From positions 17,132 to 81,131 of the forward strand of contig CAVTCR010000005.1 of NCBI GenBank assembly GCA_963733195.1: a DNA stretch of 64,000 nt. Direction: 5' to 3'. The DNA comes from an uncultured delta proteobacterium. Its GTDB lineage: Bacteria; Desulfobacterota; Binatia; Bin18. Position 1 is the stretch's first letter. Each line of letters opens with the position of its first letter. The translations under genes were made by a program, and so were the position numbers. Positions 19,392 to 29,121 of this stretch are shown here, one piece after another. Under the pieces are notes generated by a model. That model did no database searches and was not told the DNA's origin. It saw nothing but the letters and a program-made list of their open reading frames with translations.

Positions 19392-20561
19392 ATGGCTTCC
19401 GCCGATTTCAATACTCTCATCGCCCAAGGCGAAAACTTGCACATTGAGTTCAAGCAATGGCCTGTTCATCCAGATGATCTTGCTGCGGCGATTACTGCGT
19501 TTGCCAATACTGACGGCGGACAAGTGCTGCTGGGAGTGGATGACCACGGTCAAGCAGTTGGCATAGCTGAAAGCGATCGCGACCGCGTAGCACAAGCAGT
19601 CGATAATGTCGCGTTTTATAATATCCACCCGCCCGCTACAGTTGTACTAGAAACCATCACTCTCCCTCAGGGACCGATAGTGCTCGTCGCACGGATACCG
19701 AAAGGCAGTCAGCGCCCCTATCGCACGAATCGCGGCGTCTATTATGTCCGTACCGCTTCAGGCCGCAGGCAAGCCTCGCGAGAAGAACTGTTACGGTTAT
19801 TCCAGGCTAGCGAAAGCCTGTACTACGACGAAACGCCAATGCTCTCAACTTCTCAGGGAGACATTGAAGCACAAGCCCAAGCGGATATACTAGAACTAGC
19901 GAGACAGCGAGGAGTTGATGTTGCCGCAATTGATCCGCAAAGACTGCTCCTGAACTGGAAGCTGCTAGCACGGAGCAACGGCAACTCTCCCTCACCGTCG
20001 CTGGCGTGTTGTTCCTCGCTAGGAATCCTCAGCACTTGCTGCCGACGGCCTACGTCACCGCCTTACGTATTCCAGGCACAGACATCAGTGTTGCGCCCGT
20101 CCGATCAGAAACATATTGAAGGGCGATTACTACCTATCATCGAAGATACGAAACGATTTCTTGAACTTCACCTGCCCCGACCTCACCACATTCATGGACT
20201 AGAACCAGAAGTGACACCAGAGTTGCCTACCGAAGTCTTGAGAGAAGCCTTGGTCAACGCTGTCGCCCACCGTGACTACACGATCTCTGCACCTATTCGC
20301 GTCCTCATTTTTGATAATCGCATCGAGATTCGCACGCCAGGAACATTACCTAACACCGTCACGTTAGAAAGTCTGCCTTTCGGTATTCACGTGCTCCGTA
20401 ACCCCATGATTTACAATATGCTCCTCAGAGTCGGCCTTGTGACAGATGCAGGCAGTGGCATTCCGCGTATTGTCCGTTTGACTCGCCAGGCCACAGGGCA
20501 AGAACCAGTGTTCCGTCAGGAAGGCAATGAGTTCGTGCTCGCGTTGCCGAGGAAGCCGTAG
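19392..20561 (+). CDS. Schlafen/AlbA_2 DNA-binding plus HATPase_c_4 protein; two compensating indels at ~19981 and ~20097
   Basis: GENLHIEFK, AFANTDGG, LREALVNAVAHRDY, RNP..GSGI. The alternative frame between the indels reads LTVAGVLFLARNPQ. Confidence 0.88.
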   Translation: MASADFNTLIAQGENLHIEFKQWPVHPDDLAAAITAFANTDGGQVLLGVDDHGQAVGIAESDRDRVAQAVDNVAFYNIHPPATVVLETITLPQGPIVLVARIPKGSQRPYRTNRGVYYVRTASGRRQASREELLRLFQASESLYYDETPMLSTSQGDIEAQAQADILELARQRGVDVAAIDPQRLLLNWKLLARSNGNSPSPSLACCSSLGILSTCCRRPTSPPYVFQAQTSVLRPSDQKHIEGRLLPIIEDTKRFLELHLPRPHHIHGLEPEVTPELPTEVLREALVNAVAHRDYTISAPIRVLIFDNRIEIRTPGTLPNTVTLESLPFGIHVLRNPMIYNMLLRVGLVTDAGSGIPRIVRLTRQATGQEPVFRQEGNEFVLALPRKP

Positions 20562-20660
20562 CGCTGTTTCCAGAAGGTCATCCTCACACAGACCCCTAGA
20601 GCCCTTCGCTTCCCTCTGGTAGAAGTGAACGCTCAGTTACGTAGCAGTAGGAGGAAAGAC

Positions 20661-21809
20661 ATGTCGACCCAGAACATTGGACCGGCCGTCGATGCAGACG
20701 GTCATATTCTTGAACCCCCTGATCTCTGGCAAAAATACATTGATCCCAAATACCGTGACCGCGCGGTGCGCATTGATCATGACGAGAAAGGCTGGGAAGT
20801 GTTATTGTTCGATAACAAACCAGCCGAAGTCGTACGCGGTACGCTCGGTGCACTCGGTGGTGTCGGCATGAACCCCGATGAATTCTTCATTCCCGGGAAT
20901 AAAACCTACATGGATGGTTGCCCGCCCGGCAGCTATGACCCAAAAGCCCGCCTTAAAGTGATGGATGAAGAAGGCATCGACATCGCTATGCTCTATCCAA
21001 CCATTGGGATCTTTTGGGAAGGTTGGGTGCAAGATCCGAAACTCGCCACGGCCTACACCCGTGCGTACAATCGCTGGCTTGTCGATTTCTGTAGCTACGA
21101 CAAGAAACGCCTCTTTCCAATTGCACATATCTCACTGATAGACCCTGAGGGTGCGGTCGAAGAAACCATCCGAGCTAAGAAAGACGGGTGTGTCGGGGTG
21201 TATCTTTCACCCGATATGGTCGCCCGCAGCTACAAACATTTCGATGATCCGGCATTCGTTCGGTTCTGGGAAACTGTGCAGGATCTACAACTGCCGGTCG
21301 GTTTTCATGTGGTCGTCCGAGACCAGCCGTCATTCAACGAATGGATTCGTCAAGATGCGGACTTTGGTTTGTTTAACTTCACGTTCCTGGCAATTGACGT
21401 CATGGCCGGCTTCACGCAGATGATGTCCCTCGCAATGTTCGAAAAGTACCCGCGCATGAAATGCACCGTCTTAGAGTCTGGTGCAAACTGGATCTCAGCG
21501 TGGCTTGATCGTATGGATCATAAATATATTCCAATGAAGAGTCGCTCGACGCTTAAGATGAAGCCGAGCGAGTATTTCTACCGTCAGTGCGTGGTGTCCG
21601 CCGATCCTGATGAAACTATGACAGCTCAAGTGGTCGAACACATGGGCGCAGATTATTTCGTCTGGGCGTCAGACTACCCCCACATCGATTCGTCCTTCGG
21701 CGTAGCAAAAGAAATCAGGGAACGGATCGAGCCGCTTCCGATCGATGCTCAGCGCAAGGTGTTAGGCGGAAATGCGATCCGGTTTTATAATCTGCCAGTG
21801 GGACAATAG
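20661..21809 (+). CDS. Amidohydrolase_2 family protein (paralog of 17471..18592)
   Basis: DADGHILEP, LYPT, YNRW, LESGANW, ASDYPHID. Confidence 0.9.
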   Translation: MSTQNIGPAVDADGHILEPPDLWQKYIDPKYRDRAVRIDHDEKGWEVLLFDNKPAEVVRGTLGALGGVGMNPDEFFIPGNKTYMDGCPPGSYDPKARLKVMDEEGIDIAMLYPTIGIFWEGWVQDPKLATAYTRAYNRWLVDFCSYDKKRLFPIAHISLIDPEGAVEETIRAKKDGCVGVYLSPDMVARSYKHFDDPAFVRFWETVQDLQLPVGFHVVVRDQPSFNEWIRQDADFGLFNFTFLAIDVMAGFTQMMSLAMFEKYPRMKCTVLESGANWISAWLDRMDHKYIPMKSRSTLKMKPSEYFYRQCVVSADPDETMTAQVVEHMGADYFVWASDYPHIDSSFGVAKEIRERIEPLPIDAQRKVLGGNAIRFYNLPVGQ

Positions 21810-21858
21810 AAAAGGGCGAAACGGGGAAGCACGCAACACGCCGCAAAGGATATCTCTT

Positions 21859-22293
21859 ATGCCCCACGAAACACTGCTTAAATTCAATTACCCCAACACG
21901 TTGTTACGTGAGTATCAACATTGGGCGGTACTGTTACGACCGAAACAAATAACAGTCGGGAGTCTGGTGCTAATCTGTACCGAGGATGCGCGGAGCTTTC
22001 CTAATATCTCTGCTGGTGCGTTTGTGGAAATGCAAACCGTCACCCGCGACATCGAAACGACGCTAAAGAAAGTGTTCTCGTTCGATAAGATCAACTACAT
22101 CTGTCTGATGATGGTCGATCCACAGGTCCATTTCCATGTGCTTCCACGTTACGCTAAACCGCCGACAATCGGTGAGAAAGAGTATGCCGACCCATTCTGG
22201 CCTGGACCGCCTGATGTCACGAAAGCATTGGATCTCAACGACGAACAATTCACTGGTCTATTAGGGTTGCTGAAATCACGGTGGCCCCGTTAG
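21859..22293 (+). CDS. HIT family protein
   Basis: LLRPKQITVGSLVL, DKINYICLMMVDPQVHFHVLPRY. Confidence 0.85.
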   Translation: MPHETLLKFNYPNTLLREYQHWAVLLRPKQITVGSLVLICTEDARSFPNISAGAFVEMQTVTRDIETTLKKVFSFDKINYICLMMVDPQVHFHVLPRYAKPPTIGEKEYADPFWPGPPDVTKALDLNDEQFTGLLGLLKSRWPR

Positions 22294-22340
22294 TATTTAC
22301 GTAATGCCTATCCGAATAACCATCGCCGGTTGATGAAAAA

Positions 22341-22388
22341 CCGTTTGTGCTGAGCGTAGCTTTCGAGCGAAGTCGAAGCATGAACAGG
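22341..22388. repeat. REP-like element (CTGAGC..GTCGAAG family)
   Basis: CCGTTTGTGCTGAGCGTAGC..GCGAAGTCGAAGCATGAAC; relatives at ~52108, 54375-54520 and 61182-61240. Confidence 0.7.
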
Positions 22389-22416
22389 GACTAACACTAA
22401 TCTTCGATCCGATAGC

Positions 22417-22444
22417 AGGGCAGCCTCACCTGGCTGCCCTTTTC
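22417..22444 (+). terminator. Probable intrinsic terminator
   Basis: AGGGCAGCC-TCACCT-GGCTGCCCT followed by TTT. Confidence 0.6.
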
Positions 22445-22477
22445 ATTGTCCGGGCAAGGAAGGGAAGGAGAACAGGA

Positions 22478-22870
22478 ATGACCGTTGCGATGACAAACGA
22501 ACCGTTCTTTGAACTGCTAGGCTTACAACCAGAAGAAGTAACACCAGAATTTTGCCGGATGCGTCTGCCGTTCAAAGCCGATTTACAACAAGCCCGCGGC
22601 CTTGTGCACGGCGGAGCCATTGCCTCACTGATTGATAGTGCCGCAGTCCTAGCAATCAAAGCGGCCTCAACCGACATTATTGGTGGTGCAACGGTATCGA
22701 TGACCGTCAACTATCTCGCGCCAGCCCAGCAGATAGACTTGATCGCCGAAGCGCGTATCATTCGGCGTGGGCGCAGCATCGTGTTCCTCGACGTTGACGT
22801 CCTTGCTCCTGACGGTGAACGAGTGGCAAAAGGTCAGCTCATGTACAAAGTGGTGTATAAGAAGGCGTAA
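22478..22870 (+). CDS. PaaI family thioesterase
   Basis: GLVHGGAIASLIDSA, TVSMTVNYLAP. Confidence 0.9.
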   Translation: MTVAMTNEPFFELLGLQPEEVTPEFCRMRLPFKADLQQARGLVHGGAIASLIDSAAVLAIKAASTDIIGGATVSMTVNYLAPAQQIDLIAEARIIRRGRSIVFLDVDVLAPDGERVAKGQLMYKVVYKKA

Positions 22871-22909
22871 AGGCGTTTGTGGCTAACATTGCATGTTCGA
22901 CTCCGCTAG

Positions 22910-23574
22910 ATGGGCAGCTAGGATAGACGTAAGAGAGTAGTCTGGGAGGACTGTATAAGTGAATACATGTGATTTTGCATCGAGACTTTCTGCGATAATT
23001 GGGAATTCTTAGCAAAAGATTACATCAATAATCTACAATGTCAGGAAAATCAGATTTGGTATAAAAATGGGGACAATAAGAAAATCAGCGAAGAACTAAT
23101 CACTTTGGGTTATTACGTAAAGTATAAGTATGGTCTTAATCAAGAAGTATCGTTCAGGCTTAATCCAATTAAAGGAAAAGAACGACATGGCTGGATTAGT
23201 AAAAACAGAGAGATATTAGAATCCGTACAAATCGTGATCGCCTATGACGATAGCGGAAGAGGCGGAAGAAGGTCATCAAAATGAAAGGCGAGGATGTAGT
23301 TACTGATGGGTGGGTTGGCGACAGAATGAAAATACTAGAGCGACGAATTAAGCGAGAGAATCGAAAAGAAAATAAAAAAGGAATATAAAAATATTGATGT
23401 GCTATTAGTTGGCGTTAAAGGTTGGTTTGTAAGACGGGCAAATGATGAATACAAAGATCTGCAGCAAAATCTGAGCGATTTTATGCAAAGGCTTACAGAA
23501 AAATCTCAGTTTCGAGAAGTTGCTATTGTAGATACCGATAATGCTGGGCAAGCTGGGGTAAAGCCTACCCAATA
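22910..23574 (+). pseudogene. AT-rich decayed hypothetical gene
   Basis: Abruptly AT-rich; long open stretches (IETFCDNWEF..EELITLGYY..; EYKNIDVLLVG..FREVAIVD) broken by stops and shifts. Confidence 0.55.
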
Positions 23575-23749
23575 AGAAAAAGTAGGGAGGGCAAAAGCGC
23601 AGTATTGCCCACCGCTCAGAGCCATACAGACTAACGCAATATAGTGAACGGGCTGCGCCCTACGTTCGCGCCTCTCAGTAAGCGACGTTCGTATGCAAGA
23701 ATATCTTATGTTACACTCAGCTACTGAGTATGAAGACACAAGCTGAGTT

Positions 23750-23950
23750 ATGGGAGCCTCGAAAATCGAAGGTGTCGTCGAAAACGGCCAAATTCGACTT
23801 GCCTGCTTCTCTACGCTGCAGGTAAGCGGAACGAAGGTCTATGTGGTCATCCCGTAGATTGAGGACCAATGTAGCATACATTGGCAGCCCGAGCTTGCGG
23901 ATCCGGAACAAGCTGGCCGATTTTCAAAAGGAAGTGATTGAGGAACTGTC
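23750..23950 (+). pseudogene. Decayed small antitoxin-like gene (IEGVVENGQIRL type)
   Basis: KIEGVVENGQIRL, TKVYVVIP* and SPSLRIRNKLADFQKEVIE fragments across frames. Confidence 0.5.
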
Positions 23951-24072
23951 AGACAGGTCGGTAGAAGACTGCATAAAAAACCGCGTGCAAGCCAACTGCC
24001 GCTTGTGACCAGTTCCAACGGACTTTTTTGGCGGGAATTGGCGTAATCTGGAGTTTTTCGATCTAACCCCTC

Positions 24073-25649
24073 TTAACGCCGCTCGCGTCGGGAAATAGGT
24101 CGTTTCCTTCCCCGATTCTCACCACCGCGACTTGTATTCTGCTCTCGCCCGCGTCGCCGCTCTTGCCAGCTTCCCCGACTCATCCCGACAAAATCGATGA
24201 AGCCACGCTCGACATCCACCTCAACCAGTTTCACCCGCACTCGATCGCCAACATCAAAGCGTTCGTACCCACGAACCACTTTTCCTTCCACTGGCGGATC
24301 GAGTACACGCACCCAGGTGCCCTTCTCGGAAACTCCAGTTACTATCCCATCAAACCGCCGACCGATACTCGTTTCCAACAACAACGCAGCAGCAGACTTG
24401 CGCACTTGGCGCTCAATCTTGTTGGCATCATCTTCTTGTTCGGTACAGTGCTTGGCAAGTTCGTGTAACTCGTCAGTGCTGTAAGGACAGGGGTGACCAA
24501 CAATCGCAGCTTTCAGCAATCGTTGCGTAATCAGATCGGGATAGCGACGATTAGGCGCGGTCGAATGGGCATAATCCCGTACCGCCAAACCAAAATGTCC
24601 GATTGGTCTCTTCCCCTGGCAGCTCAACTGCGTACTCTCCCGAGCCCATCAATTTCACAATTGACAGTGAGAGATCAGGAAAGCGAAGCGGGTCTAACTT
24701 CTTGTCGTCGCTCCAGAAACGCTTCGAGAGCCGCACTATCAGGCCGTGCAGGTAGTTGTTCACCCAATTCTTCTGCCAGCGCAATGATACGCTCCCAACG
24801 CTGCGGAGCCTGTAGCACGCGACGAAACGTAGGAAAATTCTTGTTCACCAGATACCGTGTGGTAACCCCATTGGCCGTGACCATGAAGTTCTCAATCAAC
24901 GCCTTCGCCCGATTGCGCTTTTCCGCCGCCAGTTGACTCAACTCGTCATTGTGAAAAACTGGGCGCGCTTCGATCGTTTCAAGGCTGAGTGCTCCTTGTT
25001 GATAGCGTAGACGTTGGAGTTGGCGTGCGACCTGCTCTTGCACGCGAATTTGTTCTGCCAAGCCGGGCACCACGGCTATCCGTTCAGGCATCGGCCCGTC
25101 CTCGTCAAGCCAGGCGGCGACGCTGTTATAAGCTAACTTGGCGTGATTGTGGACAAGCGCACGATAAACGGTCGCTCTCGTCAGTTCACCACTCGCCGCA
25201 ATCACCATCTCCGCCACGATCGCTAAGCGATCGACATCGGGATTGAGCGAGGTCAGATCAGTAGACAACTTCTCCGGCAGCATCGGGAAAATTTGTGCTG
25301 GCGTGTAGACCGAGGTCGTATTTTGTCGTGCATGGACATCAACCGCTGAGCCTTTCGTCACGAGAGCGTCAACATCAGCGATCGCCACGAAAATCTTGAC
25401 AGCCTCGTCTGGTAACAGTTCAGCCACAGACAGTTGATCAAGATCACGTGAATCGTCGTTGTCGATCGAACACCACAACAACGAGCGGAGGTCACGAATA
25501 GTTGTATCGTCTGCAGTTGCCGCTTGGGATAGACGTGAAGTTTCAGTGCGTACGTCATCCGAGAATTCCGGAAAGAACCCACGCTCGATCATCGCACGTC
25601 GAGCAATGGCCTGTAATCGAGAGCGGTGAGAATCAGAGGACTGGGGCAT
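24073..25649 (-). CDS. RNB-domain (RNase II/R family) ribonuclease with S1 domain; indels near 24700 and 24605
   Basis: SIDNDDSRDLDQ, TTSVYT..FPMLP, IENFMVTAN, HFGLA..YAHSTAPNRRYPDL; no cold-shock domains. Confidence 0.88.
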
Positions 25650-25881
25650 GCATGTTTCCTTTCGCCCCTGTCCTTTATCGTACCTGCGTCGGGAGCACAA
25701 AGCCCTTGAGGACCGAGCTGGTAGGGGCGTATTGCCATATGCCCCTACAGTATAGAGCGAAACATCTCTCAGTTGGATGCGGTTTAGCCCTCTCCCTACG
25801 GGAGAAGGAACTTCAAGTTGAAGGTATCCACGCAGATGAAAATCGCTGTAGGTAAGTCAAACAACTGGACGGTTGGGCTAC

Positions 25882-26745
25882 TTACGCGTTCTTCTCTGGG
25901 GCAAAGAATACCAAGGTACGCGTCTCGATACTTTCCCGCGCTGGTGCATCGGGTGGTGTCGTCGGATCGTCAAATGACGAGTGCGCAGTAAAGCGTGCCC
26001 GCCCATCCGATGCCGAGTCGAACCCTTTCAGGAACAGTACCTCGTTCCTCTGCATTTGCGGAAAATAGAACCAGCGGTGATTGGGATTATAAGCGACAGA
26101 ATACACCTCCCCGACTCGATCATGGTAGATCAAATCAGTAGGTACAAAGTCTTGCAGCGTCATACTTTGTGCATCACACACCGCGATTGGGTTTGCTTGC
26201 ACCGGACCAGCGATAGGTCGCCACACGTTAATCTGCATAAACCGATATTGCAGAAGTCGCTCACCTTCCTCGTCGCCGACTAAATCTCGTACCCGCTGTG
26301 GCCCAGACTTAAAGGTGTAGTCATTGTGTGCCATCATCACCGGCATGTTCGCGTTATTTTCCTTCCGTTGCGCTTTTGTCGCACAGCGCACGTTGTGGTC
26401 GAATACCACAACCTTGGTCGCACCAGTCGCCTCTTTTACGAGTTGCTCGACCTCTGGGTAATACACCGTCTGGACTTCCTTCTCGTCGTAGAAGTCCACT
26501 ACTTTGGTTTCGTGCCGTCTCAACATAAAACCTTGAGCGTCCAACGTCAGTGGTTGGTCAACCGCCCGACCATTAAGAATCGACATCGGATAGCGGGAAT
26601 AATTTCCAGACCGCCGCGGTGTCCCAGCCGGCGGCTCGTACATGTAGGTCGCTGGTCTCTCGTCCTTGCTTACCAAGTAATTCATCGAAGTTTCAATCTG
26701 TTTTAATTCTTGCATGGCGTGCCCATCCTTCGTCTGTGCCCTCAT
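25882..26745 (-). CDS. CmcJ/NvfI (AsaB-like) oxidoreductase
   Basis: VFDHNVR, AHNDYT, INVWRP, TAHSSF, RESIETR; start at 26745 or 26715. Confidence 0.85.
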   Translation of the reverse strand: MRAQTKDGHAMQELKQIETSMNYLVSKDERPATYMYEPPAGTPRRSGNYSRYPMSILNGRAVDQPLTLDAQGFMLRRHETKVVDFYDEKEVQTVYYPEVEQLVKEATGATKVVVFDHNVRCATKAQRKENNANMPVMMAHNDYTFKSGPQRVRDLVGDEEGERLLQYRFMQINVWRPIAGPVQANPIAVCDAQSMTLQDFVPTDLIYHDRVGEVYSVAYNPNHRWFYFPQMQRNEVLFLKGFDSASDGRARFTAHSSFDDPTTPPDAPARESIETRTLVFFAPEKNA

Positions 26746-26843
26746 GCAAACAACTACAATGATCGGCCTTGTGTGTACAGATGATTTATCGGGGAGGCGA
26801 CTTTTTCAGTAGTGGCTCAGTTTGATGCGTGTCGCCACGGAAA

Positions 26844-26936
26844 TGTCATTCTGAATGGAGCGCAGCGCAGTGAAGAATCCCTCCCTAGGCATGTTAGGCT
26901 GAGAGATTCTTCGTCGCGGTGCTCCTCAGAATGACA
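26844..26936. repeat. REP-like palindromic pair (TGTCATTCTGA..GAAGAATC)
   Basis: TGTCATTCTGA...GAAGAATC and GATTCTTC...TCAGAATGACA, inverted. Confidence 0.72.
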
Positions 26937-26973
26937 AAGAGTGTGAGGCTTCTTCTTAAGCGGGAAAGTCACA

Positions 26974-27762
26974 CTAGGCCAAAAAGCGCTGGACACGCTC
27001 GACAAACGTTGCAGTCTGTTCGATCTCTGGCCGATGGCCACAGTTATCCAAGAGGACCAAGTCTGAGCCAGAGATTGATTCGTTATAGAGACGAGACGCG
27101 CTCACCGGAACAATCTGATCTTGCTTGCCCCATACAATCAGAGTTGGGAGACCGATAACGTTTTCAAGCAAATTGGGCAAACTCGGATTAAACATATACG
27201 GCTGCCAGGCAACGCGAGCAGTCTCCGCTCGCGCATCTTCCCATGCCTCAAATTGCTCCGGGGTTTGTTCGCCACCATAGAGCTTGGCAAATTCTGGAGT
27301 GTTCTCGATACTGTTCACGCTGGCATCAGTATAGGCGCGGGCCGTCACTACAAACATATCGCAAATATCACCCTGAGGCGGACGAATGCCAGTTGGGGCA
27401 ACCAGCACCATCTTCCGGAACTGTTTCGCGTCACATGCCGCCATTTCCGCTGCAATCCAACCACCGATCGAAAAACCGATCACATCCACAGGAGACCATC
27501 CTTGTTCGCGGATCACCCGAGCATAAAAGCCTGCGAGATCGCGGATATCCCGTACCCATTCAACACGGGGCGTCTTTCCAAAACCGGGGTGTTGCGGAAT
27601 AATCACCGTACGTGAGCGCGCCAGTTCGGTATGCCAGCGTAACCAACCTGGATGTCCAATTTCTTCGTGCAGTACAAGCAGCGGCTTCCCACTGCCCCCT
27701 TGAATACAGGTTAAGTCGGCCCCAGCAACACGTGCTGTCACTTCTTTCCATTCTTGTGCCAT
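26974..27762 (-). CDS. Alpha/beta fold hydrolase
   Basis: HPGFG, GFSIGG, WGKQD, CGH. Confidence 0.88.
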   Translation of the reverse strand: MAQEWKEVTARVAGADLTCIQGGSGKPLLVLHEEIGHPGWLRWHTELARSRTVIIPQHPGFGKTPRVEWVRDIRDLAGFYARVIREQGWSPVDVIGFSIGGWIAAEMAACDAKQFRKMVLVAPTGIRPPQGDICDMFVVTARAYTDASVNSIENTPEFAKLYGGEQTPEQFEAWEDARAETARVAWQPYMFNPSLPNLLENVIGLPTLIVWGKQDQIVPVSASRLYNESISGSDLVLLDNCGHRPEIEQTATFVERVQRFLA

Positions 27763-27984
27763 TGGTTTCCTTGCCTCCTTAGCGCTTCGTTATATTTGTC
27801 TAGGGCTACAGCAATTTCCAGCAAGAGGGAATTCCCGTCTCCCGTCTGAACGCTCACTTATGAACGTGAACAGCCGCCACTGATACCATGGGCTGTAGTA
27901 CCCATGCAACCTCTTGGCTTCGCAATCGCAGGAAGAGTTTGATAAGAACATGTGATGGAAAAAACTCAAAGTAAGGAGGGGGGC

Positions 27985-29121
27985 ATGGGACCTCTACACG
28001 GACTACGTATCGTTGAATTGTTTTGTATCGGACCAGGACCATTTGCTGGTATGTTGTTGTCCGACATGGGTGCAGACATTTTACGCATTGATCGTCCGCA
28101 AGAACCGCAACTCGGCTATCCCGACCATAAATATCGCACGCTATGGCGCAATCGTCGTGCAGTGCAACTTGATCTGGCGAAGCCAGCCGGAGTCGAGATC
28201 TTGCTTCGCTTGGTCGAACACGCGGATGGGTTAATTGAAGGTTATCGTCCTGGCGTCGCAGAGCGCCTTGGTGTCGGGCCGGAGGTCTGCCTCAAACACA
28301 ATCCTCGCTTGGTGTACGGTCGCATGACCGGTTGGGGCCAAGAAGGGCCGCTAGCAAAACAAGCGGGATTTGACATCAATTACATCTCGCTCACTGGTCT
28401 CCTCAGTGCCGTTGGTCCAGCCGAGAAACCAGTACCACCATTGATTGCCGCCGGTGACTTTGGTGGTGGCGGAGTGTTTCTCGCGCTAGGTATGCTCGCC
28501 GCGTTGTGGGAAGCGCAACGTTCAGGTCGTGGGCAAGTAGTCGATGCCAGTATTGTCGATGGTGCGGCAAACTTGATGGCGTATGTGTACGGTGGACTCG
28601 CTGGCGGTGCATGGCAAAACCGACGCGCGTCAAACACGGTCGATGGTGGACATTGGCGCTATGGCGTGTACGAGTGTACCGACGGAAAGTTTGTTTCCGT
28701 TGCCGCGATGATGGACCCATTCCTCAAAGTCCTCTTTGACAAGCTGGGACTCAATCCGAGCGATTTTCCCGACCCGAACAGCCGCAAGAATTGGCCGATG
28801 TATCGTGAACGGTTAGCAGCGATATTTCGTACACGGCCACGAGATGAATGGGTTTCATTGTTCGCCGGTACCGATGGTTGTGTCGCGCCAGTGCTTGACC
28901 TCGAAGAAGCACCGCAACACCCTCACAACCAAGCCCGTGGCACCTTTGTCGAACATGAAGGTGTTCTACAACCTGCTCCTGCGCCACGCTTTAGCCGTAC
29001 GCCGTCAGAGATCAGCCGCCGTCCACCGGCCAATGGCGCAGATACTGAGCCGGCATTACTAGATTGGGGATTTGGCAACGAGGAATTACAAGACCTGCGT
29101 AAGCGGGGGGCGTTTGGCTAA
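27985..29121 (+). CDS. CaiB/BaiF CoA-transferase III (AMACR-like)
   Basis: GPGPFAGMLLSDMGA, EGYRPGVAERLG, GRMTGWGQ, GDFGGG, PAPRFSRTP. Confidence 0.92.
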   Translation: MGPLHGLRIVELFCIGPGPFAGMLLSDMGADILRIDRPQEPQLGYPDHKYRTLWRNRRAVQLDLAKPAGVEILLRLVEHADGLIEGYRPGVAERLGVGPEVCLKHNPRLVYGRMTGWGQEGPLAKQAGFDINYISLTGLLSAVGPAEKPVPPLIAAGDFGGGGVFLALGMLAALWEAQRSGRGQVVDASIVDGAANLMAYVYGGLAGGAWQNRRASNTVDGGHWRYGVYECTDGKFVSVAAMMDPFLKVLFDKLGLNPSDFPDPNSRKNWPMYRERLAAIFRTRPRDEWVSLFAGTDGCVAPVLDLEEAPQHPHNQARGTFVEHEGVLQPAPAPRFSRTPSEISRRPPANGADTEPALLDWGFGNEELQDLRKRGAFG

